A stretch of 64,000 nt of DNA, from assembly GCA_965261735.1 (NCBI GenBank), contig OZ253470.1:384001-448000 (forward strand), read 5' to 3'. The position numbers were made by a program, and so were the translations under genes. This document shows, piece by piece, positions 22,500-34,341 of this stretch (position 1 is the first letter of the stretch; the number at the start of each line of letters is the position of its first letter). The notes under the pieces were generated by a model. It was not told where the DNA came from and did not search any database. It saw nothing but the letters and a program-made list of their open reading frames with translations. The stretch comes from Alphaproteobacteria bacterium. Its GTDB lineage: Bacteria; Pseudomonadota; Alphaproteobacteria; SHVV01.

Positions 22500-23391
22500 G
22501 GCTCTGTTGCAAAGTCCGGCTATTTGGTGACGTGTCTGCGTGATCTGCCGAGAGGGGTTGAGGCATGAGCGACTTCAAGGGACGTCACTTCCGGGGGGAG
22601 ATCGTGCTCTGGGCCGTACGCTGGTACTGCCGGTATCCGATCAGCTACCGCGACCTCGAAGCGATGATGACCGAGCGCGGCGTCGCGGTCGACCACTCCA
22701 CGATCTATCGTTGGGTGCAGCGTTTCGCGCCGGAGATGGAGAAACGTCTGCGCTGGCAGTGGCGCCGGCCGCAGTCGCGGAGTTGGCGCGTCGACGAGAC
22801 CTACATCAAGGTCCGCGGCAAGTGGGCGTATCTGTACCGGGCGGTGGACAAGCTCGGGAACACGATCGATTTCTACCTCTCGGCGACCCGCAACACCAAG
22901 GCAGCGAAGCGATTTCTCGGCAAGGCGCTGAGAGGATTGAAAGAGTGGGAGCAGCCCGAGGTGCTCAACACCGACAAGGCGCCGGCCTATGCCGCTGCCA
23001 TCGCGGAGCTGAAGGCCGAGGGCAAGTGCCCGAAGGACACGAGGCACAGGCAGGTGAAATACCTCAACAACGTCATCGAGGCCGACCACGGCAAGCTCAA
23101 GCTGCTGATCCGGCCCGTGCGCGGGTTCAAGACGCTGAAGACGGCCTACGCCACGATCAAGGGCTTCGAGGTGATGCGCGCGCTGCGCAAGGGCCAGGCC
23201 GGGATGTTCGCCCTCCAGGGCGGCATTGTCGGCGAGGCCCGGATCGTCGAGCGCGCCTTCGATCTCGGACGGTGCGCTCTGACCGAGGCGGTGGCGTTGC
23301 TACAGGACCGTCTGGCCAACGCAGAAACATGACGAAAGCACGGTTGTCGTCCTGATCTGACTCACCCCTACGTCAGGTTTGCAACAGAGCC
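22500..23391 (+). mobile_element. IS6-family element (IS6100-like; transposase 22565-23332)
   Basis: TIRs ggctctgttgcaaa / tttgcaacagagcc; 'FKGRHF', 'WRVDETYIKV'. Confidence 0.95.
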
Positions 23392-23840
23392 ATTCGATCC
23401 GCTCTGAGCGCCACCTGATGGAGCAGCTGGAGTTCAACCTTCTGTTCCGCTGGTTCGTGGGTCTCGGGGTTGACGAGCGGGTGTGGGACGCGATGGTGTT
23501 CACCAAGAACCGGGAGCGTCTTCTGGCTGGCGAGGTGGCGTCGCGCTTTCTGGCACGGCTGATTGGGCTTCCGGCGGTGAGGCGGCTTCTGTCGCGGGAG
23601 CACTTCTCGGTGGACGGGACGCTGATCGAGGCGTGGGCGTCGATCAAGAGCTTCCGGCCGATTGATGAGGAGCCGCCAGACGCGGACAGCCGGCTCTACC
23701 GCAAGGGCCGGGGCAAGGAAGCCAAGCTCAGCTATATGGGCCATGCGCTGATGGAGAACCGGGATGGCTTGGTCGTGGACGGTCTGGCGAGCCGGGCGAC
23801 GGGCGCGGCCGAATGCCTGGCGGGCGAGGTGACCGTGTAT
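23392..23840 (+). mobile_element. IS5-family transposase remnant with internal deletions
   Basis: 'SIRSERHLMEQL..NLLFRWFVGL', 'HFSVDGTLIEAWAS', 'SYMGHALMENR'. Confidence 0.8.
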
Positions 23841-24227
23841 CGCGCGCCCACTCGTCGGGCGATTGAGCTCTGCCGACCGGGCGGATTCGCGCTCCAGTCG
23901 GCATGGGCGACGAACTCAGGTAAGCGCATGCTTCGGTTTCCAACGAATGCCGCCGGTATAGCGATCCCGGAGGGTCTCGCAGCCTCCGTTGATGTGATCC
24001 ACCCAGCGGCCGATGGCCGGAGCGCTGCCTCGGGGCGGAACCTCAAATCCGGGTACTGGGGCGGGAGCCGATGGAGCCTGCCGCGTGGCCGTCTCTTGCA
24101 CAAACGGCGCCCAGCGGATTGGTCCACAATCCCGGGTAGCCGCGACAGTTTGTCTCGATTACATCGGTGACGCGGTAATGGCGGTGGTATCCTCTCTGCT
24201 GCCGGCACATGGCCCACACTTGTTCTG

Positions 24228-25250
24228 ATGATTGACGCTCCCCTCTCGGTTCTTGACCTATCTCCGATTGTCGAGGGCAACGACGCCCGCCAAGCGTTGC
24301 TCAATACCATGGACTTGGCGCGCCACGCCGAAGTATGGGGCTACACGCGCTACTGGCTGGCCGAGCATCACAACATGCCCGGCATCGCCAGTGCGGCGAC
24401 AGCGGTGGTGATAGGCCAAGTCGCGCAGGCAACAGCAACAATCCGTGTCGGCGCCGGCGGTGTCATGCTGCCCAACCATGCCCCGCTCGTCATCGCCGAA
24501 CAGTTCGGCACCCTTGCGGCCCTTTTTCCGGGCCGGATCGATCTGGGTCTGGGTCGCGCACCCGGCACCGATCAACACACCTCCCGTGCGCTACGCCGCA
24601 CCCTGGCCGGTAACCCTGATGCCTTCCCGCAAGACGTTATGGAACTACAGCAATACTTCAAGGAACCGGCACCGGACCAATTCGTGCGCGCCGTGCCGGG
24701 TGCCGGCCTGAATGTGCCGATTTGGATCTTGGGCTCCAGCCTCTACGGCGCTCAGCTGGCTGCTGCCCTTGGGCTCCCTTATGCCTTTGCCTCCCATTTT
24801 GCGCCCGCGGCCTTGATGCAAGCCATTGCCATCTACCGCGAACGCTTCGAACCGTCGGCGCAACTCAATGAGCCCTATGTCATGTTGGGTATGAACGTCT
24901 TCGCCGCCGATACCGAAGAGGAAGCCCATTTTCTTAGAACCGCGGTCCTGCAGTCCTTTGTCAATTTGCGCCGCGGCATACCGGGCAAACTGCCGCTGCC
25001 AGTGGCCGATTACACGGATTGGGTGACGCCGGACGAACGTGCGATGCTGGAAGCGGCTCTGTCCTGCTCCGCCGTCGGCACGCCCGACACGGTCGAACGC
25101 GAGATCGCCTCCTTCGTTGAGCGAACCGGTGCCGACGAAATCATGATCACCTCGAACATCCACGACCACGGCAAGCGGCTGCGGTCCTTCAAACTGGTGG
25201 CTGAGATGATGGCCGCCGCCTCGCAGCTTCAGGGAAGCACCACGCCCTAG
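24228..25250 (+). CDS. LLM-class flavin-dependent (luciferase-like) oxidoreductase
   Basis: 'YWLAEHHN', 'GGVMLPNH', '[12 protein letters not shown]'. Confidence 0.92.
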   Translation: MIDAPLSVLDLSPIVEGNDARQALLNTMDLARHAEVWGYTRYWLAEHHNMPGIASAATAVVIGQVAQATATIRVGAGGVMLPNHAPLVIAEQFGTLAALFPGRIDLGLGRAPGTDQHTSRALRRTLAGNPDAFPQDVMELQQYFKEPAPDQFVRAVPGAGLNVPIWILGSSLYGAQLAAALGLPYAFASHFAPAALMQAIAIYRERFEPSAQLNEPYVMLGMNVFAADTEEEAHFLRTAVLQSFVNLRRGIPGKLPLPVADYTDWVTPDERAMLEAALSCSAVGTPDTVEREIASFVERTGADEIMITSNIHDHGKRLRSFKLVAEMMAAASQLQGSTTP

Positions 25251-25346
25251 TGGATCGAATCTTACGTTTGGTATCTGCGTTTGACGGTGAGGATGATTTT
25301 GCCCGGATTTGCGGTCCAACGAAATAGTTTGGCCTCGCTGGCCTTA

Positions 25347-25771
25347 TCAGCCCGTTGATTAAGTGGCTTTTTCCGGCTCTCACTCCCAGATGAGGAATGC
25401 GGCGGCGAAAGCCGTCTGGCCGCTTTGCGAGCCCCCCCCGTGCCACCAGCATGGCCCCGGTGGGCGTGAGCAGAACGAAAATACCGCCATATCCGCCCGC
25501 CACGGCCTCCCGCGGGGTGCCGGCGCCGATGAGCTGGCGCATCAGTAACGATAGATTGTGGCCGGCGACGTGGAGCAGGTATCGCTTGTGCACATTCTCT
25601 CGCCCGCGCAGCCAGGTTCGTCGCATGCCGCCACGATCGAGGTTGTGGGCAAAGCAGCGCTCGACGATCTCGGCGCGCAGCTTGAAGGCCTCGCGGGCGA
25701 CCCCGGACTTGAGCCGCGCACGGTTGTTGGTGACCGCGCGCCGCGCCGCCTCATCACCGTGCCAGCGCGAA
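25347..25771 (-). mobile_element. IS1182-family 3' fragment truncated by IS21
   Basis: Near-identical to 29926-30250 plus 31653-31750; end cagcccgttgattaagtgg. Confidence 0.8.
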
Positions 25772-25972
25772 TGTCAACGGCGGAGCAAAATTAGTCCACC
25801 CGGGCGGAGCAAAACTAGTCCACTTAAATGTTATGCGGTACGCGGTGTTGGGGGGTTGTCCCGGTAGTCCATAGGAGGGACCCGCGCTGCTTCGTGTAGC
25901 GCTTGCGTTACGCGGAGCGAAGCAGCGTGGGAGGTTCCTGTGGGCCCACCGGGTCAACCATTGCACCGGCGG

Positions 25973-26743
25973 TTAAGCAGGTATTTTTGGGGATTTCCGC
26001 CGTTTTTGGCTTTGGTTGAGACGATAGCTCTCGCCGTTCATTTCCAGGATATGGACATGGTGGGTGAGGCGGTCCAGCAAAGCCCCGGTCAGGCGTTCCG
26101 AGCCGAATATCTCCGTCCACTCATCGAACGGCAAGTTGGAGGTCACCAGGATCGAGCCCCGCTCGTAGCGCTGGCTGAAGACTTCGAACAGCAGCTCGGC
26201 ACCGGTCTTCGAGAGCGGCACGAAGCCGAGTTCGTCGATGATCAGAAGGTGATACTTTGCCAGTTGCTTCTGCAGGCGCAACAGGCGTTTTTCATCCCTG
26301 GCCTCCATCAGTTCATGAACCAGGGCAGCGGCCGTGAGGAAGCCGACGGAGAGCCCCTTTTGGCAGGCCGCCAGACCGAGACCGAGGGTGATATGGGTCT
26401 TGCCGGTTCCGCTGTTGCCGAGCGCGATGATATTCTCACGACGCTCGACGTATTCGCATCGCGCCAACTCCAGAACCAGCATCTTGTTGAGCGATGCGAT
26501 GGCCTTGAAGTCGAAGCTGTCGAGGCTTTTGACGGCGGGGAACCTGGCCTGTCTGATCCGCCGCTCGACCATGCGGCGCTCACGGTCGATCAGTTCCAAC
26601 TCGGTCAGACGGACAAGATACCGCACATGGTCGGCGCCCTCGGTGGCGCATTGGCGGGCCAGCTTGTCGTATTCGCGCAGGAACGTCGGCAGTTTCAGGG
26701 TCTTGAGGTGATGGGCCAGCAACACTTGCGGCGTATCGGTCAT
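25973..26743 (-). CDS. istB: IS21 helper ATPase IstB
   Basis: Walker A GNSGTGKT; Walker B LLIIDELG. Confidence 0.93.
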   Translation of the reverse strand: MTDTPQVLLAHHLKTLKLPTFLREYDKLARQCATEGADHVRYLVRLTELELIDRERRMVERRIRQARFPAVKSLDSFDFKAIASLNKMLVLELARCEYVERRENIIALGNSGTGKTHITLGLGLAACQKGLSVGFLTAAALVHELMEARDEKRLLRLQKQLAKYHLLIIDELGFVPLSKTGAELLFEVFSQRYERGSILVTSNLPFDEWTEIFGSERLTGALLDRLTHHVHILEMNGESYRLNQSQKRRKSPKIPA

Positions 26744-28254
26744 GACGCGCCTCCACCCAACAAGCTCATATAACTGGCGGCGGCCGTGGTCGCCACGTTG
26801 GCCCGAGGCAGGTAGGGATAGATATCCAGGTCGAGTTTGGGCGGGCGTCGCTCGATACGGCACAGCACAAGGTGTTTGACGGCGTCGTAGCCGATCGCAC
26901 CCAGGCGCAGGGCGTCCTTCACCGCGCCGTGAAGCACCTCGAGATCGAAGGTCTCCAGAAGCCGAAGGACCTGGACCTATTCCCGCTTGCCGGCCTTGCC
27001 CATGCGCGCCTCCAGGAGACGGCGCAGGGTTGGGAAGGCATCAGGCAGTTCCCATCCGGCTAGCGGCGCGGCCTGATCCAGGGCGCCGATCTTGTGCTCC
27101 AGCAAAGGCAGGTAGTGGATCGGATCGAAGACCATATCTTCCCGGTCGTAGGAACGGGGGTGTCGGGCAATGATCCCGGCGCCGCAACCGATAACCACCT
27201 CGTGGACATAGCCACGGATCCAGACTTCCTGATGGCCGTAGGCGACGGGCACGGAATAGTCATTCGTCCGGTAGCGCACCAGGGACAGCGAGTTGACCCG
27301 CGTGCCCTGCTTGTCGCACGCGTCGAACGGTGCCGGCAGTGGCCTCTTCAACGCTTCGCGGTCACGCACAAACCGTTCGCCGATGCTCTCGCGGTGGCCG
27401 CGCAGGACGTTGCCTTGCCGGTTGCGGCATTGCTCTTCCAGGTGGCCATTGAAGGCGTCCCAGCTCGCGAACCGGGGAAGCGGCGTCATGAAGTTCCGCC
27501 GGGCATAGCCGACCACCCCCTCCACATTGCCTTTGTCGTTACCCTTGCCGGGACGGCCGTAGCGGTCCTCGAAGAGGTAATGGGACTGCAGCCCGCTGAA
27601 CGCCCGCGTTCGTTGCCGCGTGCCATCTGACAAGATGCGCGACACCAGACACTTGTCGTTGTCGTAAAGAATCGATTGGGGAACGCCGCCGAAAAAAACA
27701 AAGGCTCTGTTGTGCCCGTCCAGCCAGGCCTCCGTCGTCGCCGCCGGGTAGGCCGCAACGAAGCAGGCATCGCTGTGGGGAAGTGTCATGACGAAAAAAT
27801 GCGCCCGATACTTGACGCCGGCGATGATCGCATCCGCCTCGCCAAAGTCCGCTTGAGCATGGCCCGGAGGATGTGACAACGGCACAAACATCTCACGCCG
27901 ACGAAGGCGCCGTTCCCGAACGTAATCCTTCACGATGGTCTCTTTGCCCGTGAAGCCATGTTCGTCGCGAAGGCGCTCGAATATACGCTTCGCCGTGTGG
28001 TGCTGCTTACGGTGAACCGTTCGGTCCTCCTCCAGAATACGGTCGATGATATCCGTGAAGGGGGCCAGTTTCGGGCGTTTCGGTGGCTGGCGTCGCCGAT
28101 ATCCCGGCGGTTCCGAATGCCGCAGCATCTTCCTCACCGTCTCGCGCGCAATGCCAAACCGACTTGCCGCCTCTCGCTGGCTCAGACCATCAACATGGCA
28201 GGCCAGCCGAACGCGCAGATATAGGTCCACGGTGTACATCCTCCCGCCTTCCAT
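26740..28254 (-). pseudogene. istA: IS21 transposase IstA with premature stop at ~26977
   Basis: ORF stops at 'GKRE*' but continues in frame (VQVLRLLETF...GGGAS) to overlap the istB start. Confidence 0.85.
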
Positions 28255-28446
28255 CTCAAAAAAGATCGAAGGCTACAGGTGGCAGAGTTTTACTCCGCCC
28301 GCGGCTGGGAAATCCCGCCGCTTCCGTGGACTAATTTGTCACCGCCGTTCTCATCCGGTGGTGATGAAAAATTCCAAGGTTTCTGCGATAGATGGAATAA
28401 ATGAGAGGGACAGGGACAGGCGTCATCCCAGCTAGTCCACCGCCGA

Positions 28447-28935
28447 TCAGCTTCCCTTGAAGGTCAGGCTGGCGGGCAAGATCAAGACGCCAAACGTCTC
28501 ACACCAGATTACGACGCTGGCATAGTCGCGGGGATTAACGCCCTCGGGGATCGGATAGTTCTGGCTGCCGCGAAATGCGCGAAGTCGTCCAAGGTCCTTG
28601 AATTCGGCATCCTTGACGTCGCTCGAATTCTTGACGTCCTTCTTCTTGACCAGATAGACGTGGTATTTCGGACCAGGGCCGACCTCGAGCCCATTTTCAA
28701 TTCGCACGAGATCGCGAAATACGGTCACCGGCCCTTTGCCATAATGAACCGGATCCGACGGATTTGCGTGGATGAAAGTGCCATCCGCCACGGCCTGGCG
28801 ATTGGACGCATCCAACGTTTCGTTAGCGACGACGTCAGCTAGAAATATATAAGGATAAACGAATATGCCACCGGCGAAACCGATGCCGGCGCCGATGACA
28901 CCGCCAATGATCAGGATGACCAATATTCTCAGCAT
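28447..28935 (-). CDS. DM13 domain protein
   Basis: N-terminal TM; 'GPKYHVYL', 'GSQNYPIP', 'VVIWCETFGV'. Confidence 0.8.
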   Translation of the reverse strand: MLRILVILIIGGVIGAGIGFAGGIFVYPYIFLADVVANETLDASNRQAVADGTFIHANPSDPVHYGKGPVTVFRDLVRIENGLEVGPGPKYHVYLVKKKDVKNSSDVKDAEFKDLGRLRAFRGSQNYPIPEGVNPRDYASVVIWCETFGVLILPASLTFKGS

Positions 28936-28946
28936 GTGACCGAACC

Positions 28947-29570
28947 TCACCCGACGCGATACTCTGTGTCTATCGAAATTGCACCGTCGGCCGTTGCCCG
29001 GCCTTCCTCGACAAGTTTGACGAGATGCGAAAACACCGACCGTCCGGCGGCCGGAATTAACCTGGGATCGAGGCCGACATAAATTTCCGGCACCACCTTT
29101 TCGATCCGGCTGACGCCGCGCGCCAAACATTCGAGAATTTGCCCCTCGCGCTCTTCACGGTGGGCGATCAGGGCCTGCAGGTACGTCTTGGGGTCGGTGA
29201 TCGCCGGCCCGTGGGTCGGCCAGTAGATTTCGTCGTCGCGATCCAACAGGCGCCGCAGATTCGCCATGTAATCGGCCATGTCGCCATCCGGCGGCGACAC
29301 CACCGTTGTCGACCAGCCCATCACGTGATCCCCGGGGAACAGCGCTTTCTCCTCGCGAAGCTGATAGCAGATGTGATTGGTCGTGTGTCCGGGCGTGTAA
29401 ACGCATTCGACCGACCAGCCATCGCCCTCGATGACATCGCCGTCGCGGACCTCAACGTCGGGGACGAAATCCCTGTCGCCGCCCTCCTCCACCGCAATTC
29501 CTTGCTCGTATTTGCCGGCACCGTGGGGGCGGTAGGCGTAGGTCGGTGCACCGGTCGCCTGTTTGAGACC
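28947..29570 (-). pseudogene. MBL-fold metallo-hydrolase, 5' truncated
   Basis: 'TPGHT', 'GDHVMGWST', 'PTHG'; HxHxDH region missing. Confidence 0.8.
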
Positions 29571-29589
29571 CTTGAAAAATAGGGCTCAG

Positions 29590-31752
29590 ACGGATTGGGT
29601 TTCGAAGAGCGACCCCGAGGCCAAGATCGCCAAGATGAAGGACGGCACGACGCATCTGGCCTACAAGCCCGAGCACGCGGTGGATCTGGACACCGGCGCG
29701 GTGGTGGCGGCCGAGCTGCACCCGGCCGATGAGGGCGACACCACGACGCTTTCCAAGACCCTGGCGAAGGCCGAGGCAAACCTCGAGGCGGTGGATGCGG
29801 CACCGACGTCGGAGGACCCGGCCGAATGCGTCGCCGACAAAGGTTATCACTCACGGGCGGTCTTGAGAGCTCTGAACGACAGTCCCTGGAAGACCCGGAT
29901 CGCGGCGCCCAAGCAGACCGGCTTTTCGCGCTGGCACGGTGATGAGGCGGCGCGGCGCGCGGTCACCAACAACCGTGCACGGCTCAAGTCCGGGGTCGCC
30001 CGCGAGGCCTTCAAGCTGCGCGCCGAGATCGTCGAGCGCTGCTTTGCCCACAACCTCGATCGTGGCGGCATGCGACGAACCTGGCTGCGCGGGCGAGAGA
30101 ATGTGCACAAGCGATACCTGCTCCACGTCGCCGGCCACAATCTATCGTTACTGATGCGCCAGCTCATCGGCGCCGGCACCCCGCAGGAGGCCGTGGCGGG
30201 CGGATATGGCGGCATTTTCGTTCTGCTCACGCCCACCGGAGCCATGCTGGGGTTGTGTCTCGAAAGTGGTGGAAATTGGTTTTGGCGCCTCTCCGAGCGG
30301 GTTGAGTTTTGCGGCGGTCAGGCTGCGCGGTCAAGGGTTTCGTCGGCGATTAGCTGATCGAGGGTTTCCCATCCATCGACTTTGCGCATCTGGATTTGGC
30401 CGGAAGCGAGGAGTGCCCAGAGGAGCATCGGCACTGTTTCGGGACACGGCAGCACGGTCTGTGTTTTGATCCGGCGCTTGAACTCCTCGTTGAGACGCTC
30501 AATGGTGTTGGTCGTTCGGGCTGATTTCCATTGGCTCTTGGACAGGCGCGTGAAGGTAAAGAGCTTGTCGCCCGCTTCTGCGAGGCTGTCCGCGACGGCC
30601 CTGCATTTCAGCCGCCACTTGCGGACAAACGCCTTGCGGCGGGTTTCCACCTCGGAGGCAGTGTCGGCATAGATCATATCGCGGTAATCTTCGCTCAGCT
30701 CGTCATGCATGTGTTTGGGAGCATGACCCAGAAGGTTGCGGTGCTTGTGCACGGTGCAGCGTTGAACGGGAAGGTCATCGCCCCAAAGCGCCGACAGAGC
30801 CGCCTCCAGTCCCGGCGCGCCATCGACGATGACAAACCCGGGCCGTTTCAGTCCACGCGCATCAAGGTCGTCGAGGAACTGGCGCCACGCCGCCTGGCTT
30901 TCTCCGCCCATATTCCCGATCGAAAGCAAGACCTTCTGGCCATCCCGGCGCACCCCTATAGCCGCGAGAACCGAGATGTTGGTGGCCTTGCGGTCCAGTC
31001 GGGTCTTGATCACAGTGCCGTCAAGGATCAGCCGAACGATATCCTCATCCGCGAGGCCACGGCTGCACCAGGCGTCCCAATCGACCTTCACCTTGCGCCA
31101 CGCCCGGCTCACAACGTCCTTGCTCACAGCACCCCGGAAGAGCCCGAACAGCGCGCGTTTCACCCGCCGCGTGTTGGTTCCGGACAGATACACCGAAGCG
31201 ATCAGCGCCTCGGCCTTTCTGGTCAGCCGCTGGTAGCGCGGCAGCGCCCGCGAACGCCATTCCGACGCCCGACCGTCTTCCTCAACGATCCGCGCACGCG
31301 GCACGCTCACCCTCTCGATCCCGAATGTCCCCGTCAGTTGCCGCTCCCGGTGCCCGTTCCGATACCCTTGCCGAAGCGCGTCCTCTCGACCGTATCGGCA
31401 GCGCCCGAGAAACTGCGCAAGTTCCTCCTCAAAAACGGCCTCGATCGTGGATCTGATGTTCTCCCGCAGCCGGTCCTCGAGCGGATCATAGCCGGCGTCA
31501 TTGGCCAGTAGCGAAAGCGCGGAAGTCTCGGTAGTGTTCTTCATGGCGTGATCTCCTTGGCGGTGCTAGCCGCCGATTGGGTGGTTGTCTTGTCACCCGG
31601 AGATTACGCCATCCTCAAATTTCCACCACTTTCGAGACACAGCCCATGCTGGTGGCACGGGGGGTCTCGCAAAGCGGCCAGACGGCTTTCGCCGCCGCAT
31701 TCCTCATCTGGGAGTGAGAGCCGGAAAAAGCCACTTAATCAACGGGCTGTTA
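29590..31752 (+). mobile_element. IS1182-family transposase 3' part, interrupted by IS256
   Basis: 'SKSDPEAKIAKMKDG', 'VADKGYHS'; resumes after the IS256 TSD. Confidence 0.8.
30251..31644 (-). mobile_element. IS256-family element, second complete copy (transposase 30318-31544)
   Basis: Same TIRs; TSD CATGCTGG; two amino-acid differences from copy 1. Confidence 0.95.
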
Positions 31753-31819
31753 GCACATTCTCGAAAGCCACCATGCGCATCGGGGTGTCGGGGTCGTCAT
31801 CGGTCATCGGCGTTCTCCG

Positions 31820-32740
31820 TCATCCCTTGAAACAATGCTCGTTGTGCCAAGTCAGGGCGGCGGTATCCGGGCGCTGGCCGATATCCGAAGGCGCATCGAT
31901 TTTGCGACCGTGAAGCGCGTAGTAGTGCTTGCCGTTGTCAAACTCCTCCCGGATCCGTCGGCTTACATCGAAGCGCAGATCGGGAGTCACCGTCACATAG
32001 CCGGCGTCGAACAGGCTGTGAATGTCCCGCCGCAGCAAAAGACCGTTCTGCGCCTCGTGTGCACCGCCATCGCCGTAGGGGCGTATATGCGCCGCCTCCA
32101 AAGCCGGCAGTGTCCGCTCTTGAGTGACCGCGCATCGCCGCCAATAGATATCCGTGACCAGCACGCGGAACGCGCCTTGCCCGAGGCGAGGACGAATGAG
32201 ATGCGGCTCGCCAAATCGCGCCTGCTCCCCTGCCATGCCCGCCATCTGTGGCCGGCTGAGTCGATCGTTCACGGCTTCCCACAAAGCCAGTCCTTCGGCA
32301 CTGTCTGTGTTGTAGGTCTTGAAAGCTACAATTCTCTGCGAGAAACTCGCCGGCGGGGGAATCCAGTCGCGTTCCGCGAAGAAGAAGGGCTGGGTCAAAA
32401 TGCGGCACCCAATCTCGAAGTCGCTGCTATCGCCTGGATCCGCGTGGCGGAGACGGGCGATGCCAGCACGCATTTCCCGCCCTGAGTGGGCACCGTTCGC
32501 TTCCTTGAATGCCTCCCAGGCGAGCGAGCACGGCAGCGCGTTCGCGTAGGCAAAGATACCGCCACCGACAATCAAGTTGCGCGGCGCGCGCAGCTTGAAC
32601 AGAAACATTTCGCCCGGCTCGAGTGCACGGAATTTCGTGGCCGACGGCGCCCAGAAGTTCACCTCGTCGAGGTTCGGCTGCTGACGCAGCATCTCGAACC
32701 AGTCTCCGTCCGTGACCGCAATGACGAGGTTGATGCCCAT
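31820..32740 (-). CDS. HNH endonuclease (putative restriction enzyme)
   Basis: 'CAVT...LEAAHI..Y...NGLLLRRDIHSLFD'; N-terminal 'TDGDWF..EVNFW' domain. Confidence 0.85.
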   Translation of the reverse strand: MGINLVIAVTDGDWFEMLRQQPNLDEVNFWAPSATKFRALEPGEMFLFKLRAPRNLIVGGGIFAYANALPCSLAWEAFKEANGAHSGREMRAGIARLRHADPGDSSDFEIGCRILTQPFFFAERDWIPPPASFSQRIVAFKTYNTDSAEGLALWEAVNDRLSRPQMAGMAGEQARFGEPHLIRPRLGQGAFRVLVTDIYWRRCAVTQERTLPALEAAHIRPYGDGGAHEAQNGLLLRRDIHSLFDAGYVTVTPDLRFDVSRRIREEFDNGKHYYALHGRKIDAPSDIGQRPDTAALTWHNEHCFKG

Positions 32741-32858
32741 TCTATTCCGCCGCCTTCATCTCTCGGGCTTGTGCCGGTGCGGGAACCCTCGTCGACGAAC
32801 GAACCCGAGCGGTCTGTCCGTCGTCAGATGATTTGCGACAGGGTTGTGCCGACATTGT

Positions 32859-34212
32859 CATGTATGGACGCCCCCGGTGTTGCAAGGGGAAAACTGATTT
32901 GAATCGGCGGTAGAGCTTGCAGTCATGTATCCGGCCTTTTCGCTGCGGTACGCTGACCGCTGGCCCTGATGGAATCCGAAAGATCGACGCCCAGTCAGAC
33001 TAACGAGCTTGATGCTCGGACAATGCCTCGGGTTTGGCCGATCTCGGGTGGAACCCTGTTTCGCCATCAAATCGTCGTCACCCTCGCAATTTGATCCCGG
33101 TTTGCCAGCTGGCTATGCCGGCGTCGGTCGGTAGATACGCTCGTACCTGAGCAGTGCCCAGGCGACACGGGCTGCCTTATTGGCCATGGCGACCAGCACC
33201 ACGTTTGTCGGCCGCCGCGCCAGGAGCCGGTCGGTCCAGCCAGGCCCCGTGCCCGGCTTGGCGCGGCGCCAGCGCAGCACGGTTCGCGCACCATGCACGA
33301 GCAAGCGCCTGATATAGCCATCCCCGCGCTTCGATATCCGTCCCAGTCTATCCTTGCCGCCACTCGAGTGCTGCCGGGGCACCAGACCGAGCCAGGCCGA
33401 AAGCTGTCGGCCCGAGCGGAACTGTGCGCCATCGCCGATCGTCGCGACCAGCGCCGTCGCGGTGATGACACCGACGCCGGGGATCGTCGCAAGACGGCGG
33501 CTCGCCTCGTTGGAGCGGTGCCATGCCAAAAGCGTCACTTCCAGCTGCTTGATCCGGGCCTGAGCAGAACGGAGCTGCTCAACCAGAGAGCCAAGCGCCT
33601 CGCGTGCCAGAGGCGGCAGTCGCACATCGCCGGGATCTTCGATAATGGCAACCAGTTCCTCCACCTTCGACGCCCCCTGAGCGACGATCAGTCCGAACTC
33701 CGCACAGTGGCCGCGCAGCGCATTGATCACCATCGTGCGTTGACGGACCAACAGCTCTCGGGCCCGGTGCAGCATCAGAACCGACTGCTGCTCGGCGCTT
33801 TTCGCCGGTGCAAAGCGCATCGTCGGACGCGTCACTGCCTCACAGATCGTTTCCGCATCCGCTGCGTCGTTCTTATTCGTTTTGACGAAGGGACGAACGT
33901 ATTGAGGCGGAATCAGCTGAACTTTGTGCCCGTGTGCTTGCAGTTCCCGAGCCCAATAGTGCGCAGAGGCACAGGCTTCCATACCGACAAGACAGGATGG
34001 CAATCCGGCGAAGAACGCCAGCACCTTCCCGCGGCGCAGCTTCCGCCGTAGTACCGGTCGTCCCTCACCATCAGCACCGTGAACCTGGAACACCGTCTTT
34101 GCCAGATCGAACCCAATTGTCGTAATATCCATCGTGGACGCTCCCTCTGTCTGGGTTGTTCAACACACTCCAGTATGGCTCATCGTGAAGCCGTAGGGGG
34201 CGTCCATACCAT
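32859..34212 (-). mobile_element. IS1111-subgroup (IS110 family) element 1; recombinase 33113-34132
   Basis: DEDD motifs (GFDLAK, MEAC, KNDAADA); 'SSGGK' catalytic Ser; subterminal IRs gtatggacgccccc; TG core at both junctions. Confidence 0.93.
32880..33112 (-). ncRNA. Putative bridge/seek RNA of IS1111 element 1 (boundaries approximate)
   Basis: Segments at 33019-33027 and 32994-33003 match the flanks; 32967-32972 and 32923-32930 match the circle junction. Confidence 0.75.
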
Positions 34213-34283
34213 CAGACCAACTGGGTCGGACCTGCAAGACCTACAACCAAGCGGCCTCAGGCTCCCGCCAACTCATGAACCAC

Positions 34284-34311
34284 ATTGGCCCGGCGCCGGC
34301 GCCGGGCCAAT
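34284..34311. repeat. Perfect 28-bp palindrome
   Basis: attggcccggcgcc|ggcgccgggccaat. Confidence 0.9.
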
Positions 34312-34341
34312 CATGTTTCGGCTGCCGCCGTGGACCAGTAG

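Larger units (their letters stand above)
25772..28353 (-). mobile_element. IS21-family element, full length
   Basis: TG...CA ends with repeated binding sites; istA-istB pair; no TSD seen. Confidence 0.93.
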
